Positions 38,620 through 51,120 of a DNA stretch of 64,000 nt are shown one piece after another. The DNA comes from Octopus vulgaris (lineage: Eukaryota). Within the stretch, counting starts at the first letter, position 1. Every line of letters starts with the position of its first letter. The stretch is from the NCBI GenBank assembly GCA_951406725.2, contig OX597825.1, positions 80,352,001-80,416,000 of the forward strand, given 5' to 3'. The notes below the pieces were generated by a model, which had not been told where the DNA came from, did not search any database, and saw only the letters and a program-made list of their open reading frames with translations. The position numbers and the translations under genes were made by a program.

Positions 38620-39504
38620 CACAATTCAAAATTCTGAAGAGGTTGTCCATTATCCCACTGAATTCCTAAATTCCTTAGAAGCCCCTGGATTACCTCCTCA
38701 CCAACGAAGTCTCAAAGTGGGTGCTCCTGTTATGCTACTGCGAAACTTGGAGCATGGATGGTGGTAAAAAAGATGATGGCGTATGTCATTGAGGCAACCA
38801 TTCTCTCTGGATGGCAAAGGAGTGAACATCTTCATTCCACGAATTCCACTTACTCCGTCCACATCAGACATCCTCTTCTCCTTCAGAAGACTCCAGTTTC
38901 CTATTCGCATCAGTTTTGGAATGTCGATCAATAAATCGCAAAGTCATACTTTGTCCTTGGTGGGAATTCACCTGGAAAAGCCATGTTTCTCACATGGGCA
39001 GTTGTACATTGCCTGCTCCAGAGTTGGGAGGAAAGACAATCTGTTTGCATTCGTTCCTCGAGGTGCAACTAAGAATATTATCTACCACAAGGTTCTATGA
39101 ACTGAACACCAGTCTTTTTTTATTAACGCTGCATATTGCATAAGCATGGTGAAGGCATCTAATTTTCTGTATTTACGCTTTGTTTTGCGTGGTGAACATG
39201 ACTGCTTTAACAAGGACCTACAACCGAAATGATTTTGATTACACAGTAAATTTTTTTTTTGTTTTTGATTTTTTGTGCGCTTACTTATTACATTAGTACC
39301 TTTGCCCACATTTCATGGTCAAATTCTAGACATGTTGCCATACAATGTGTGCAATAAATCTGACGTTTTACTTCAGCAAAAAAAAAACAACAAAAAACTT
39401 TTCTTTTATTATCAGAAATCTTTGCATATTATAACTGTATATATACATAAATGAACTCGAACTATACTGCTAACATCCCGGACAACGCTGGGAACATCTG
39501 CTTG
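38620..39504 (+). mobile_element. Helitron 3' remnant with PIF1-like helicase C-terminus (pseudogenised)
   Basis: [27 protein letters not shown]; IPRIPL..FRRLQFPIRISFGMSINKSQ..GIHLEKPCFSHGQLYIACSRV. 3' hairpin cccggacaacgctggg followed by CTTG (CTAG-like). Confidence 0.92.
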
Positions 39505-40082
39505 TATATTATAATAGGTCATATAATCGAGACTTAGTTCAGCCAATGCGACAGCCTCTATGTGTTCATTAGAAATCACAGCCAAATCTCCCTTGGATTC
39601 ACACCCATCTTGTGTAAAGTTATGACATATTAGATTATGTAGTTTTACATCGTCGCCGCCTCCACTACCACCTGTACTACCACCCCACTATTTTCATCAC
39701 TATTGCTGTGTCACCAGCACCACCATCATCACCAACACCTCTACCACCACAAGCAGGTCGACACATGATAATGAGGGAGTCCCTATGTGGTCGCTTAGCC
39801 TGCTCAAAATAATAGCCAAATAATCACTCGTCTCATATTACAACCTACAGTCTTTCAAAAACGAACAGATTAAATCATGATAACAAGTGAATCTCTGATT
39901 AAAAATATTCCATCCGTGACCATCTCATCATTTAGAGTCACTTGCTCAGAGTTGACTTAGTGCTAAACACCACCACCAACAGTAACAATAACAGCAACAA
40001 TATTTGTGTGAAATACTGCTCACTACAAATCTCACCATCCCGACCGCCAAAATTAAAAACGAAATACGATCACATTTTCGTG

Positions 40083-40451
40083 GTGGCTGTGTGGTAAGTA
40101 GCTTGCTTACCAACCACAAGGTTCCGAGTTCAGTCCTACTGCGTGACACCTTGGGGAAGTGTCTTCAACTATAGCTTCGGGCCGACCAAGTCTTGTGAGT
40201 TGATTTGGTAGACGGAAAACTGAAAGAAGCCCGTCGTATATATATGTGTGTGTTTGTGTGTCTGTGTTTGTCCCCCATCGCTTGACAACCGATGCTGGTG
40301 TGTTTACGTCCCCCATAACTTATCGGTTCGGCAAAAGAGACCGATAGAATAAGTACTAGGCTTACAAAGAATAAGTCCTGGGGTCGATTTGTTCGACTAA
40401 AGGCGGTGCTCCAGCATGGCCGCAGTCAAATGACTGAAACAAGTAAAAGAA
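40083..40451 (+). mobile_element. SINE family B, full length
   Basis: Matches the 36346 copy. Confidence 0.92.
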
Positions 40452-40905
40452 CATGTAGTTATTATTTTCGGTTTTTCTGTTAAACGGTTTACAAGTAATA
40501 TTAATTAATAGCACGAAAAAATTTACGAACAAATAAAGTTTTGATAGAAAGAAAAGGAAAAGAAGTGTAATGGTGGGGAATAGTATCCAATTGTGACTTT
40601 GAAAGAACAATAAGATAAATGTCTTCATCCGTTTGCACTCAAGTAAACTCAAGTGGACACTTAATGAGAAAAGTATGCAACAGAGGTTATTCTATTTTTA
40701 GTGGAAATGTCCCTCTTTTGACTCTATGACTTAACAAAAGGAAAAAAAATTACGACAGATTGTAATGGTGTTTCAATAACATGTTACAGCATTTTTTCTG
40801 TAACGAAAATACTGTCTTTCGAAATTCGCGGAAACACTGCTTTTTATAAATATTTCTATATCTAATTTGATGTAGAAATTTATAGATGGGATCTGCATAA
40901 CATTG

Positions 40906-41306
40906 AGATCTTTTCGGTTTGACCGGCAGTTTTTTTAAATAATTTCCACGTAACTAAACACTTTTAAACTTCGTATACTGGTAGAATGTGTTTATAAAAC
41001 ATCTTTTTCTCTTGGCTTTATTGAGAAAATTCTGTAGTTTGTAAGATATTTGTTGTTTTTTTTTCTTCAATTTCTGCAATTTCAACCAATCAATGACGTG
41101 TATTGAGGTAAAAAAACATTCTGTGCTGTATGAATATGTCCCTCGTTTAAGAAACAGATTGGGTTTATTTACATTTGTGAAGAAAAAAAGATACCCTAAC
41201 CCTAAAACAGATTGAAATGCAATAGATCGATACTAGGGTTATAATTATGGGTGACAATTTCATATGACACCGCTAGAAAAAACTGCCGTTCAAACCGAAA
41301 AGATCC
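40906..41306 (+). mobile_element. MITE family F, complete
   Basis: ~28-bp TIR gatcttttcggtttga(c/a)cggcagttttt. Flanks (t/c)aacattg give an 8-bp TSD with one mismatch. Internal ccctaaccctaa. Confidence 0.9.
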
Positions 41307-41923
41307 CAACATTGTTGTTTTATTTCGTTTATAGACTTCAATAATGTCTGATTTTGTTCCGTGGTTAATGTTGTTTAACGCATAACATTTGAACTCGATT
41401 TATTTCGTTGAATACTTATTTCGATTGTCTTCGAAATTGTTCCTTAGTTAAGGCTGTTAGAGGAGAAACATTCAGACACAAGCATAATATAGATTCATAG
41501 ATTCTACAAATGACTGGTCTGTTCTCCTCTCATCTACCAACATATTTACAGAATTTCACTTAGACACCAATCTCTCTTAGATAAACTGCCACCCTCCCCT
41601 TCGACGGATTTGGATTTAGCACTGCAAATTAACCAAAAGCTTGTTAATTATACATCATTAACGTAGCTTATAACACCGGATTTAAACTGCATTCCTCGGC
41701 AAGTAGGCTAATATCCTAATGATTAACTTCCTAGTTATGACTGTCGATGGAATTTACAAAACTCTATATTTGAGGATAAACTCTATCTATCCTCTATCCT
41801 GTGATAATCTTCACGGTAAACCCAGGAAGACCTTACGCCTATTCATAGATCATGAATATTTGTAGATGTCACGACATACCTTCACATTAATAGCAAAAAT
41901 ATTCCTTATGTTGTCATCAGACT

Positions 41924-42822
41924 GTTGACTACGGCAGAAGTTGAGATGGTTCATACCAAAACTAGAGAGGAACAGAAGCTAAGATCAATCGGGGAAAAGA
42001 GCAGCAAGTCCAACTGCGAGAACAGTTGAGATGTGTTTGTTTTGGGCTTCCGTATTGAAATGACTGAACCGACGATCATAATGGCTGATCTGGTTGCAGA
42101 ACTTTCTTACTAAAGAAATCTGGTTCTTCAATCAGAAGAAAAGTAGACATTTCAGTTTTATCAGATGTTCTCTGATGAGGATATTGTTCATTATCTAAGT
42201 GATGAATAAACATTTCAATTCGTACATTTCTAGGCGAGATCAGCCCTCATGATTGGCAGCTCATTTCAGTATGGAAGCCCAAATCAACCACATCCCAATT
42301 AGTTTTAAAATATGTTCCAGCTGGTCCGTATAGAATTGCTGTTATTTAAGGCGACGAGCTGGCAGACTCGTTGGCACGCCGGGCAAAATGCTTAGCGGTA
42401 TTTTGTCTGCCGCTACGTTCTGTGTTCAAATTCCGCCGAGGTCGACTTTGCCTTTCATCCTTTCGGGGTCAATTAAATAAGTACCAGTTACGCACTAGGG
42501 TCGATATAATCGACTTAATCCGTCTGTCTGTCCTTGTTTGTCTCCTCTGTGTTTAAGCCCCTTGTGGGTAGTAAAGAAATAGGTATTTCGTCTGGGTTCA
42601 AATTCCGCCGAGGGTGACTTACCCTTTCATCCTTTCGGGGGTCGATAAATAAAGTACCAGTTTCGCACTGGGCTCGATGTAATCGACTTAATCCCTTTGT
42701 CTGTCCTTGTTTGTCCTCTTTATGTTTAGCGCCTTGTTGGCAGTAAAGAAATATATAGTATTGCTGTCATTCCATTCCTCTCCAGTTTGGTATAAACCAC
42801 CTCAACTTCTGAAGTAGTCAAC
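41924..42822. mobile_element. Long palindromic (foldback/MITE) element with a SINE dimer in its right arm
   Basis: 41924-41972 pairs with 42775-42822, and ~42023-42066 pairs with ~42257-42300. Confidence 0.8.
42350..42753 (+). mobile_element. SINE family A dimer
   Basis: Junction aaagaaatag|gtatttcgtctg at ~42582. TSD tatag(a/t)attgctgt(t/c)att at 42329 and 42754. Confidence 0.9.
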
Positions 42823-44524
42823 CCATAAACTGTAAACACACAAACCATTCATTTTCTTTCAACTGAAAGAGGACTGAATACGATATTTCATGGTCCATAA
42901 GAAAAAAACAAGCCTTGGAAAAGTCAACTTGGGTCCTGTGTTTCAGATTGTTTTAAATATCACATGCATTAAAAAAATTCTTTTCTTGAATTGCTGCTGA
43001 AATTGGGCTGCAACTAATATGTCCGTTTGTCTTTTATGACATTAAATGCAGTAATGCTTTTTCGAAATTTAAAAATATAACATTGGGTAGAAAAATGAAT
43101 TCATTCAATTAAGCACAAGGTTATTCTTTGTTAGAGAGTGGTTACTTGATATCAACCCTAATATCTTACAGGTATTTGTTCTTATCAACCTTGGCACAGA
43201 AACAATTCACCAAACACTGAGCTGCATGTATATAAACCAACTATTTGTTACAACCAACTCAAGTTTGTGAGAAGGAAACGTGAATATCCGCTTGCACTAT
43301 AATTGCTATGGTTTGAAACCATTGGTTATGTTGGTGTGAAGGTAATTATATCGAATCCCCTCAGTTACAGGATTTTGTTGAGCTTGTTATGAAACTAAGT
43401 CGTGCAATTATATCTTTCGAATGTAAGAATGGTTATTATGTCTACACTAGATTTCCTTAGGGTATTTATCGAGAGACCGGGAACAAAATACCCTTTCCCT
43501 CATCTGTAATTTGACGAGCAAGGTTAACAGATGAAATGCAGAAGATATTTTTTTATACACTCTTGAGAAGTGAGACACATTAGCATGTATGTGCGTGCGT
43601 TAGCTTTTAGCATTCATACAGCATTAAATAGCTATGTAAACAGTTTGAGATAGATTTACTCTGATATATATATATCAATGCGTGTGTGTGTGTATTCTTT
43701 CCATGTGCAAAGAATGGTAAACTAATTTGAATTAATAGCAGCAAAGGAAACAGAAAAAGGAAAATGTCCAAGTGAAATTAGATGCAAGAATTAGTATGGA
43801 AGACTTAATGGAGTGTATGTGTGATGTGTATTAAGTTTAACTTTCTTGTTTTTTTGAGACTATCATATGTAATTGAATGTATGTTATTTCTTTAACACAG
43901 AATGTATATATTAATATATATATTTGTAAGCAAGCAAGAGATACCAAACTGGTGTGATGTGGATTTCCTGGATAAATTACATAACAATTATGAAAGGCAT
44001 TTGCTATGAAATAATCGCTCTTGAAACTTAAACAAACAGGTTTAATTCGAGAGAGGAATCGAAGGACATCTTGCCAAGAGGTGATGTTTGGTTTGTGTGT
44101 AAGGATCACCCCAGAGGATTATTGAATGTGGAGCAAGTTTTGTTAGGCAAACATTCAATGCTATAATTAGTTCTAAAGATATATTTCTGGTGAAAGTCTA
44201 ATGATTATAGCGCAAATATGGTAAGAATAAGATCACAGAACTTCTGTTGGTTTCAAAGAAATTCTTTTCTCTGAGCAAGAGAAAAGCTGTATGAGAAAGT
44301 AAGTAATGTGATACGGTTTAACAAAGAAACGGGGGCAATGGATTTGGAAGTCTTACAGCAGAAACAGGAGAGATACGAGGTGAATACAGACCATTAGATA
44401 TACAACATTTACTTATTACAAAGGATGAGGGAGAACTAATGAAGGAAAATGACTGAACTCTGGGAAGACAGTGGATGATGCGAGCAAAACAGACAACTCT
44501 GCTGATCTTGTCAGTCATATAACT

Positions 44525-44713
44525 TTTCTACTTTAGGCACAAGGCCTGAAATTTGGGGGGAGGGGGGCAGTCGATGAGATCAACCCCAGTACGCAACTGG
44601 TACTTAATTTATCGACCCCGAAAGGATGAGAGGCAAAGTTGAACTCAGAACCTAATGACAGATAAAATACCGCTAAGCATTTTGCCTGGTGTGCTAACAT
44701 TTCTGCCAGCTCA
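44525..44713 (-). mobile_element. SINE family A, alternative tail
   Basis: Core plus tail aaatttcaggccttgtgcctaaagtagaaa (minus strand). Confidence 0.85.
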
Positions 44714-44774
44714 GTCATGTAACTGAATAAGATATATTAAGAGCTGACAATATTTGTGTGTGTGTGTGTGTATA

Positions 44775-44905
44775 TATTCTTTTACTTGTTTCAGTCATTT
44801 GACTGCGGCCATGCCAGAGCACCACCTTTAGTTGAACAAATCGAGCCCAGGACTTATTCTTTGTAAGCCTGGTACTTATTCTATCAGTCTCTTTTGCTGA
44901 ACCGC
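44775..44905 (-). mobile_element. SINE family B 3' part
   Basis: tcttttacttgtttcagtcatttgactgcggccatg... Confidence 0.85.
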
Positions 44906-46898
44906 TTGCATAGGTTGGTTTGAGTTTTACTGAGATAGATTTTCTATGGCCAGATGTCTTTCCTGACACGAACCCACACCTGTTTGGAAACGATGGTTGG
45001 TGTCAGGAAGGGAAGAATTTATAGAAAAACAGAAAAAAAACACACACACAGCAGATGGAGAAAAGCTCAACCCCACATCAGTTGTTGACCAAACACCATC
45101 ACAGTTTTGACACTTTGTGTATTTATGTATGAATATATGTATATATGTAAAAGTTTTAGCTGCCAATTCTGTAAAAGACACTGTAGATCTTTAGCTGGGC
45201 TAAAAAGTCACATTCGATCACAGCACCAATAACAGTTAAGCTTCATGCAATGGCCATACTTGATAACGAGGGTGCAGCCATCATGTATGTATGTATGTAT
45301 GTATTTTTGTATGTATGTATGTATTTGTGTATGTATGTATGTATGTATACCGTGATGTGACAATTCAGCGCATAGACATTTCAGTACAAGGCATCTTATT
45401 GAACTTAGGTAAAGGTTATTTCGTATGGGTGTGTGTATATATGTTTATGCTTTTTTGCTGGTGTTTATTTTATGTATATGTATGCTTTTTCTTTGTGTCA
45501 AGTTAATCTATTCTATGAATGCTGTGTTCGTAGGTTGCCTGTGCATGTGTTTTAGATATACAACCAACACCAATATAATGTTATAATAAATTACATATAT
45601 TATATGCCCTGAATTGTCGACGCTGAATTGTCAGTATGCTGTATATATACATATATGTAACAAAAGAAGACTTACTCACCTTCCCGAGTGTCAAACTAAT
45701 ACACCTGCTTGTTGTTTATACACCTGTCTTCATCTTTTACTTTTCTGTAAATTTCAACTCAGTATGTGTGTGTGTGTGTATGTGAGAGCATAGAATGGCT
45801 GAATAATTAAGCAGTTTGCTTTGCATCTATGAGGTTTCAGGGTTGGTCTAAAGGTGTGGCATTTTGGCTAAATGTCATTTTCTGTAGTCTCAGGTCAACA
45901 TGCACCTTGTGAATAAAATAGAATCAATGGGAACTGTATAGAAACTCATTAATTGGATTATACCTGTATTTAAAATGATGCAACCCTATCACACACCTTA
46001 TGATAAGTTTGTACCACTTGATTCTGCCTGAGAATTATGTCAAAGGTGTGCGTGTCTGTGGAATACTCAGTCAATTACATGGTCATTCAATGAGCAAGAA
46101 ATTAGGTTTATTCAAAGTGGATGATTGATTGAACTGAATCATCATGACCAAATGGCGATCCACCCTCAGTCATATACACCCACAAACATACACATGTTTA
46201 TGTGTGTGTGTGTGTCTTTGCAAGAACAAAGAATGCCATTTTGTCCATCATTCTAATCTTAACACAGAATAGACATAAAAGCCACCAATTTAATAGATGT
46301 TGAGTAGTTAACTCAACCCAGGACTGAGAACCTAAAAGAGGATGGCACTAAAAACCACTTTACTGATTTCCCTGTCCTGGACTTTCTGATAAATTTGCAT
46401 CTGTTCGTCTCACAAAACCTGAAGAGCAAGTACCCCGACTGAGTCAGATCTTATTTAGAGCAAATAATTAAATACCCATGAAACATTTTAGGTGTTTGCT
46501 ACCTGAGCTCACAGGAACAGGGACAACCATTCTAGTTTGTATAACCTCCCTTTCACACATTCATTCATTATCACTCAACTATTTCAGGAACAAAGCTAAG
46601 TCTGTTGCACAATTCTTTTTGCTTCTGAAAACCAGGTTAGATCACTGAAGTTCACTGCCACTAATTCGCTTTTTCTAAGAACAATTTGATGTAATGTTGT
46701 TAAAAAAAAAAGAAGAAAACTTGCATATTTATTCAAAATGTAACACCAAATACATCAATTTATTTGACAGAGAACCTACAATGATTTTGTTGCTCTTTCA
46801 TTCACACTCCACTGCACCTGGCACAAGTATTATCCATTCCTTTAAATCTTGGAGCTCATAATTTAGCTCCAACAATACAACCTCACAAATGCTGGCTA

Positions 46899-47122
46899 CG
46901 AGCTGGCAGAGACGTTAGCACGCTGGGCGAAATGCTGAGCGGTATTTCATCTGCCGTTACGTTCTGAGTTCAAATTCTGCCGAGGTTGACTTTGCCTTTC
47001 ATCCTTTCAGGGTTGATAAATAAAGTTTCGCACTGGGGTAATGTCAATGTAATCGACTTAATCCCCTTGTCTGTCCTTGTTTGTCCCCTCTATCTTTAGC
47101 CCCTTGTGGGCAATAAAGAAAT
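46899..47122 (+). mobile_element. SINE family A
   Basis: Head, core and tail are all recognisable. Confidence 0.88.
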
Positions 47123-47399
47123 ATATCTTCAGACTCAACCTCACCTCAACAGCTTTTAAGCTTTTGTTAGATTCTCTTTAACTCAGCAATCTGGTTCTCA
47201 TAAGTCTTCTGTGTCAGAAATAACTGAACCTCCAGTAACAGGTTCACAACCTAGCTGTCCTATTTATGTGAACCATGCAATGATACATATTTGTGGTTCA
47301 AATAGCTAAATGAAACTTTAAACAACCTTTACTTTCTTATCTGATTTAGGTAGATTTACTTGGAAACCTACCCAAATGACATCTGCTGTGGTTCATTCA

Positions 47400-47850
47400 G
47401 AGAGTTCAATTGGTATTTTTTGAGCCAGTTTACCAAGTGGTCCCCATCTTTAACTCCAATGGTTGTAATATGCATCCAAGATGTTATTCCAATTCCCTCG
47501 ACCCATGATAAAATGCAGACTATTCTTTAGAATAACATGAGATACATAAAAAAACTCTGGCTGTCCTGTTACTAGAATATAAATGGACAAAATCTGCAGA
47601 GCAGTCTTTTGTTGCTACATACCCAAAGACACTCAACCATTCCTTTGAATCTAGAAATTTTGATTATACCCTGAAATCCAGATCTCTCCAAACCAACATT
47701 GCCCCTGAGATGATCAAACAGAAGTTCATCCAGTAAGAGATCAAGCAGTCATGGTTCAGAGACCTCAGTCTTCCTGACAGCTGCCACATCTACACTGCAT
47801 GACCTGAGATCAGTTAGCAGGTATGCTTCAGTTCAAACAGACTCTTGTGC
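47400..47850 (-). mobile_element. Possible degraded LINE endonuclease fragment
   Basis: Minus-strand LLTDLRSCSVDVAAVRKT resembles the APE-endonuclease D(V/I)xxxQET motif. The rest is too decayed to read. Confidence 0.35.
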
Positions 47851-48339
47851 AAGAATACTCATATTTCTTATTCTCAGCAAACTTGTAGATGAAAAAGTTC
47901 TGAGAGAAATTCTTGCCTTATTGGCAAAAAAAAAAAAAAACTTAGTCTCCAAGGGCTCCTTTAACATCTGAGATTTTGGTCTTTAAAGGCCCCCATGCCA
48001 ATTGGATATTTTCCAGACTTTTGAACATGTCTACTGTTGTCTTCCTCAACAACCTAACATTTGATGTTTTTTAGAGAAATGTGTTTATCTCACCCATCCT
48101 TCATTACTTTTATATAAAATTCCCACTTTTTAATAAAACTCGTTCAACTCTAGCTGTTTTACAAACGGCAGTGTTATTGTTAGTTGATGATCTGACAAAG
48201 GTTGAAGATCTTTTGACTAATTTCAGCCTTCTTCATCATCTTACATCTCTACAATTGCTAGTCTTATAATTCATGCCCTTCTTCTCCTGAACAGTTATCA
48301 GAAAAATGATTTCACTTGCCTCAACAGGTCTTCGCAAGC

Positions 48340-48510
48340 AGAGTTTAGTGTCCAATGAAGGAAAGGTACGCATAAGTGGGCTGGTTACACCCCTGGCATA
48401 GGCCACGAGATTATGGTTTCACTTGACTTACTGAGTTTTCTCAAGCACAGCATATTTCCAAAGGTCCAGTCACTAGTCATTGCCTTGGTGAGGCCCAAAT
48501 GTTCGAAGGT
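48340..48510 (-). mobile_element. RTE 3' end, same family as 28770-29700, without the SINE
   Basis: Reverse complement of ccttcgaacatt..gcaatgactagtgac..gtggcctatgccaggggtgtaaccag.. Confidence 0.88.
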
Positions 48511-50077
48511 AAAAAGACTAATACACATTAATATCCATCCTTAGACATCAGAAAGATGAGAAATATAACAAAAATTTAAATATCTTGGTTCAACTGAAAG
48601 AAGATCATGAAAAAATGGCACATGATATGAAACCAACAAAACTTGAGTAATCTAAAAATCCAACATTAAACATGAAAATATTCTCTCCAGCTTCTGGAGT
48701 GGCTCTCTTCCTGATATATTTACACATAAGAAGAAATTAATGAAATTAGCCATTACTCATTTCCCCCCATTTTTGACATTTTTTCGGAAATTGAAAATTA
48801 TCAAATTAGTCATTAGCATGGGGGAAAAAAAATCGACTTGGAAGCCAACAGAGAAAAGAATATTGATTTTTAAACACCTACAATAATCCAGATATTTTAT
48901 CAAACAACCTCAATTACAATTGGGTCAAAGGTGAGGAAAACTTTTTTGCAAAAAATGCATCTGTTACCTGTTTCAAATTCTCTCAACTTTAACAATTATG
49001 CTGACTGAATTTTATTTTCATAGATGAGGGAACAGCACAAAGCGATGATGCAATACTGGCAATGTAACAATTTCGAACAAATAGGGAGAAAATAGCAAAA
49101 AATTCAGAAATTACTCATTTTACCCCACTTACAAATTTTGTTCGTTCCACCTCAATCCTATATATAAAAAGTTTTAGACATGAAGCCTATTTGCACAACG
49201 TGGGCTAAATTTATGTACGAAACAAGACATGTGTAAATATATTTAAAATTCCACCTAAAAGGAAAATAATGACGAAACAATTACTTTATCAGTCTTTGGA
49301 GACTCCTAGAGGGTAAAAGCAAAATAGCAAAAAAAAAAAAAAATGTTTAATGGCAAAGACGGCAAGACTTCTTCAGGTGAGAAAGCAATAAACAGACAGG
49401 TAAACATAAACAACAAAAAATGTACTTAATGTAACTCTTAAAACTAGTTCAACGGTTTCTGAAAAAGAAATAAACAAATGCTAAAGTTGTTAAATGGAAA
49501 ACAGCGATAAGAGCAATCTGTTTGTTATTTGGGAATAAAAATGAATTCATTTTAAAAAGATCAACATGGTTTCGTGTTCGATTCCACTGCAAGGTACCTT
49601 GGGCTTAAGTGTCTTTTACTATAGCATGGAACGAACGTTTGGTAAATGGAAATGTATGGAAGCCTGGACATACCTACACAAGTGTACCGCACCCCCGCAC
49701 CCCATCATCCGACTTAGTTTCCTTATAACTTGAAGAAAAATCGTAATTTTAATGAAATTTTCTACAAATATCTTCCAGAGTATGATTATATCGGAATAAA
49801 AAGAAAATTGGTGGACTCGTATACACACACATCACAATTTTATTTCGTAATTTCAAGTTTTATTTTCGAGATATATGCGATGTATGTCAATATCTGTGTG
49901 TGAACCTACCATTTTCTTTTCTTTTCTTTTTTTTTTTTTGCATATTAAATTCCGATATAACCATAATTTATACACTCTGAAAGCTATGAGGAAACAAAGC
50001 CGACTCATGTGAATTTTCCGAAGCGCCTCACCCCCACCTTCGGAAAAAAAAAACTTTTTCACAACAAATTCCGATAT

Positions 50078-50580
50078 AACCAAGAGAATACCTCCATCGG
50101 GCATTTTCCATATTCTGAACGCCTTGCTGGACATGGATATATTGAAACTCCGACGTCTGGCAGCTGACTTGGCAGACACCCGTAAAATTATTAACCATCT
50201 TACAAACAATAACTCTGAGCACCTTTTCAAACTCCACCCATCTAACACCCGTGGACATGTTTACAAAGTCAGAAAACAGCACAGCTCCCATGACTTTAGG
50301 AAACATTTTTTCACACTGAGAGTTGCTGAAGCATGGAACAAACTGCCGGCATCAGTTGTTAGTTGTCGGAGCACTGCATCCTTCAAAACTTCCATGCTTC
50401 CTGAGATTCGCCAACACTACACCTGATTTTCTCCCCTCCATACACACACAAGCATGTATCTGACTCATACACTGTTCGCTTTCCAGACATTTGTACATTA
50501 CTGCATATGCTTTATATGCACTTTTGACAAGTTGTGGTGCACCTGAGCACTGTATACATTAATTTCATTATTATATTATT
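50078..50580 (+). mobile_element. CR1-clade LINE, 5'-truncated, copy 1
   Basis: LKLRRLAADL..NTRGH..FRKHFFTLRVAEAWNKLP, ATTAT-type tail, flanking atataacc at 50074-50081 and 50581-50588. Confidence 0.92.
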
Positions 50581-50987
50581 ATATAACCGGAATCTGCATC
50601 ATCTGAATCCTATTTGTAAAAAAATTCATTAAAAAAAATATTCACTTTTCTGGAAGTTATGAGGAAATAAAGTCGGTTGGAGCATGCTTGTGTAGGTATG
50701 CCGAAGTTATAAACTATATCGTTAAAATCTTTCGAGGATTCTACATTCCAATCAATCTTCGGTGTGCAGCTTCGGTTGCGAATGGGACATGTGAATGTTG
50801 GATTGGAGGAATTACATACTAATCGGCGTGAATGTCCTTTTTCTTTGCTTCTGGTGCTGAGTGTTTTGTCTTTTAGATATCAAGGATTAAAGAAGGGGTC
50901 TACATATATCTTTGATTTCTGACATTCTCTGATGCCACCCCCCAGGGAGTGCTCGATGTCAGCCCTACAAATAAGGAATCGGTTTTC

Positions 50988-51120
50988 CAGTGGCGTAGCT
51001 AGAGTGTGTGTGCTTTCCACTCTATCTCCTATATAGGTTTATACAGTAGATAAAAAGGTGCCGCCTCCATAAAAGCCTCACCCGGGATGGAACAACCGCC
51101 GCCTTCCAGCTACACTACTG
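50988..51120. mobile_element. Small hAT-like MITE
   Basis: TIR cagtggcgtagct / agctacactactg (11/13 match). 8-bp flanks cggttttc / gggttctc. Confidence 0.6.

Noticed and set aside
38585-39100. Host PIF1 helicase gene
   Set aside because: Intronless, frameshifted and followed by a Helitron 3' hairpin, so it is a transposon remnant.
43172-43302. Plus-strand exon after the acceptor-like tcttacag
   Set aside because: All frames close within ~45 codons, no recognisable protein and no clear donor.
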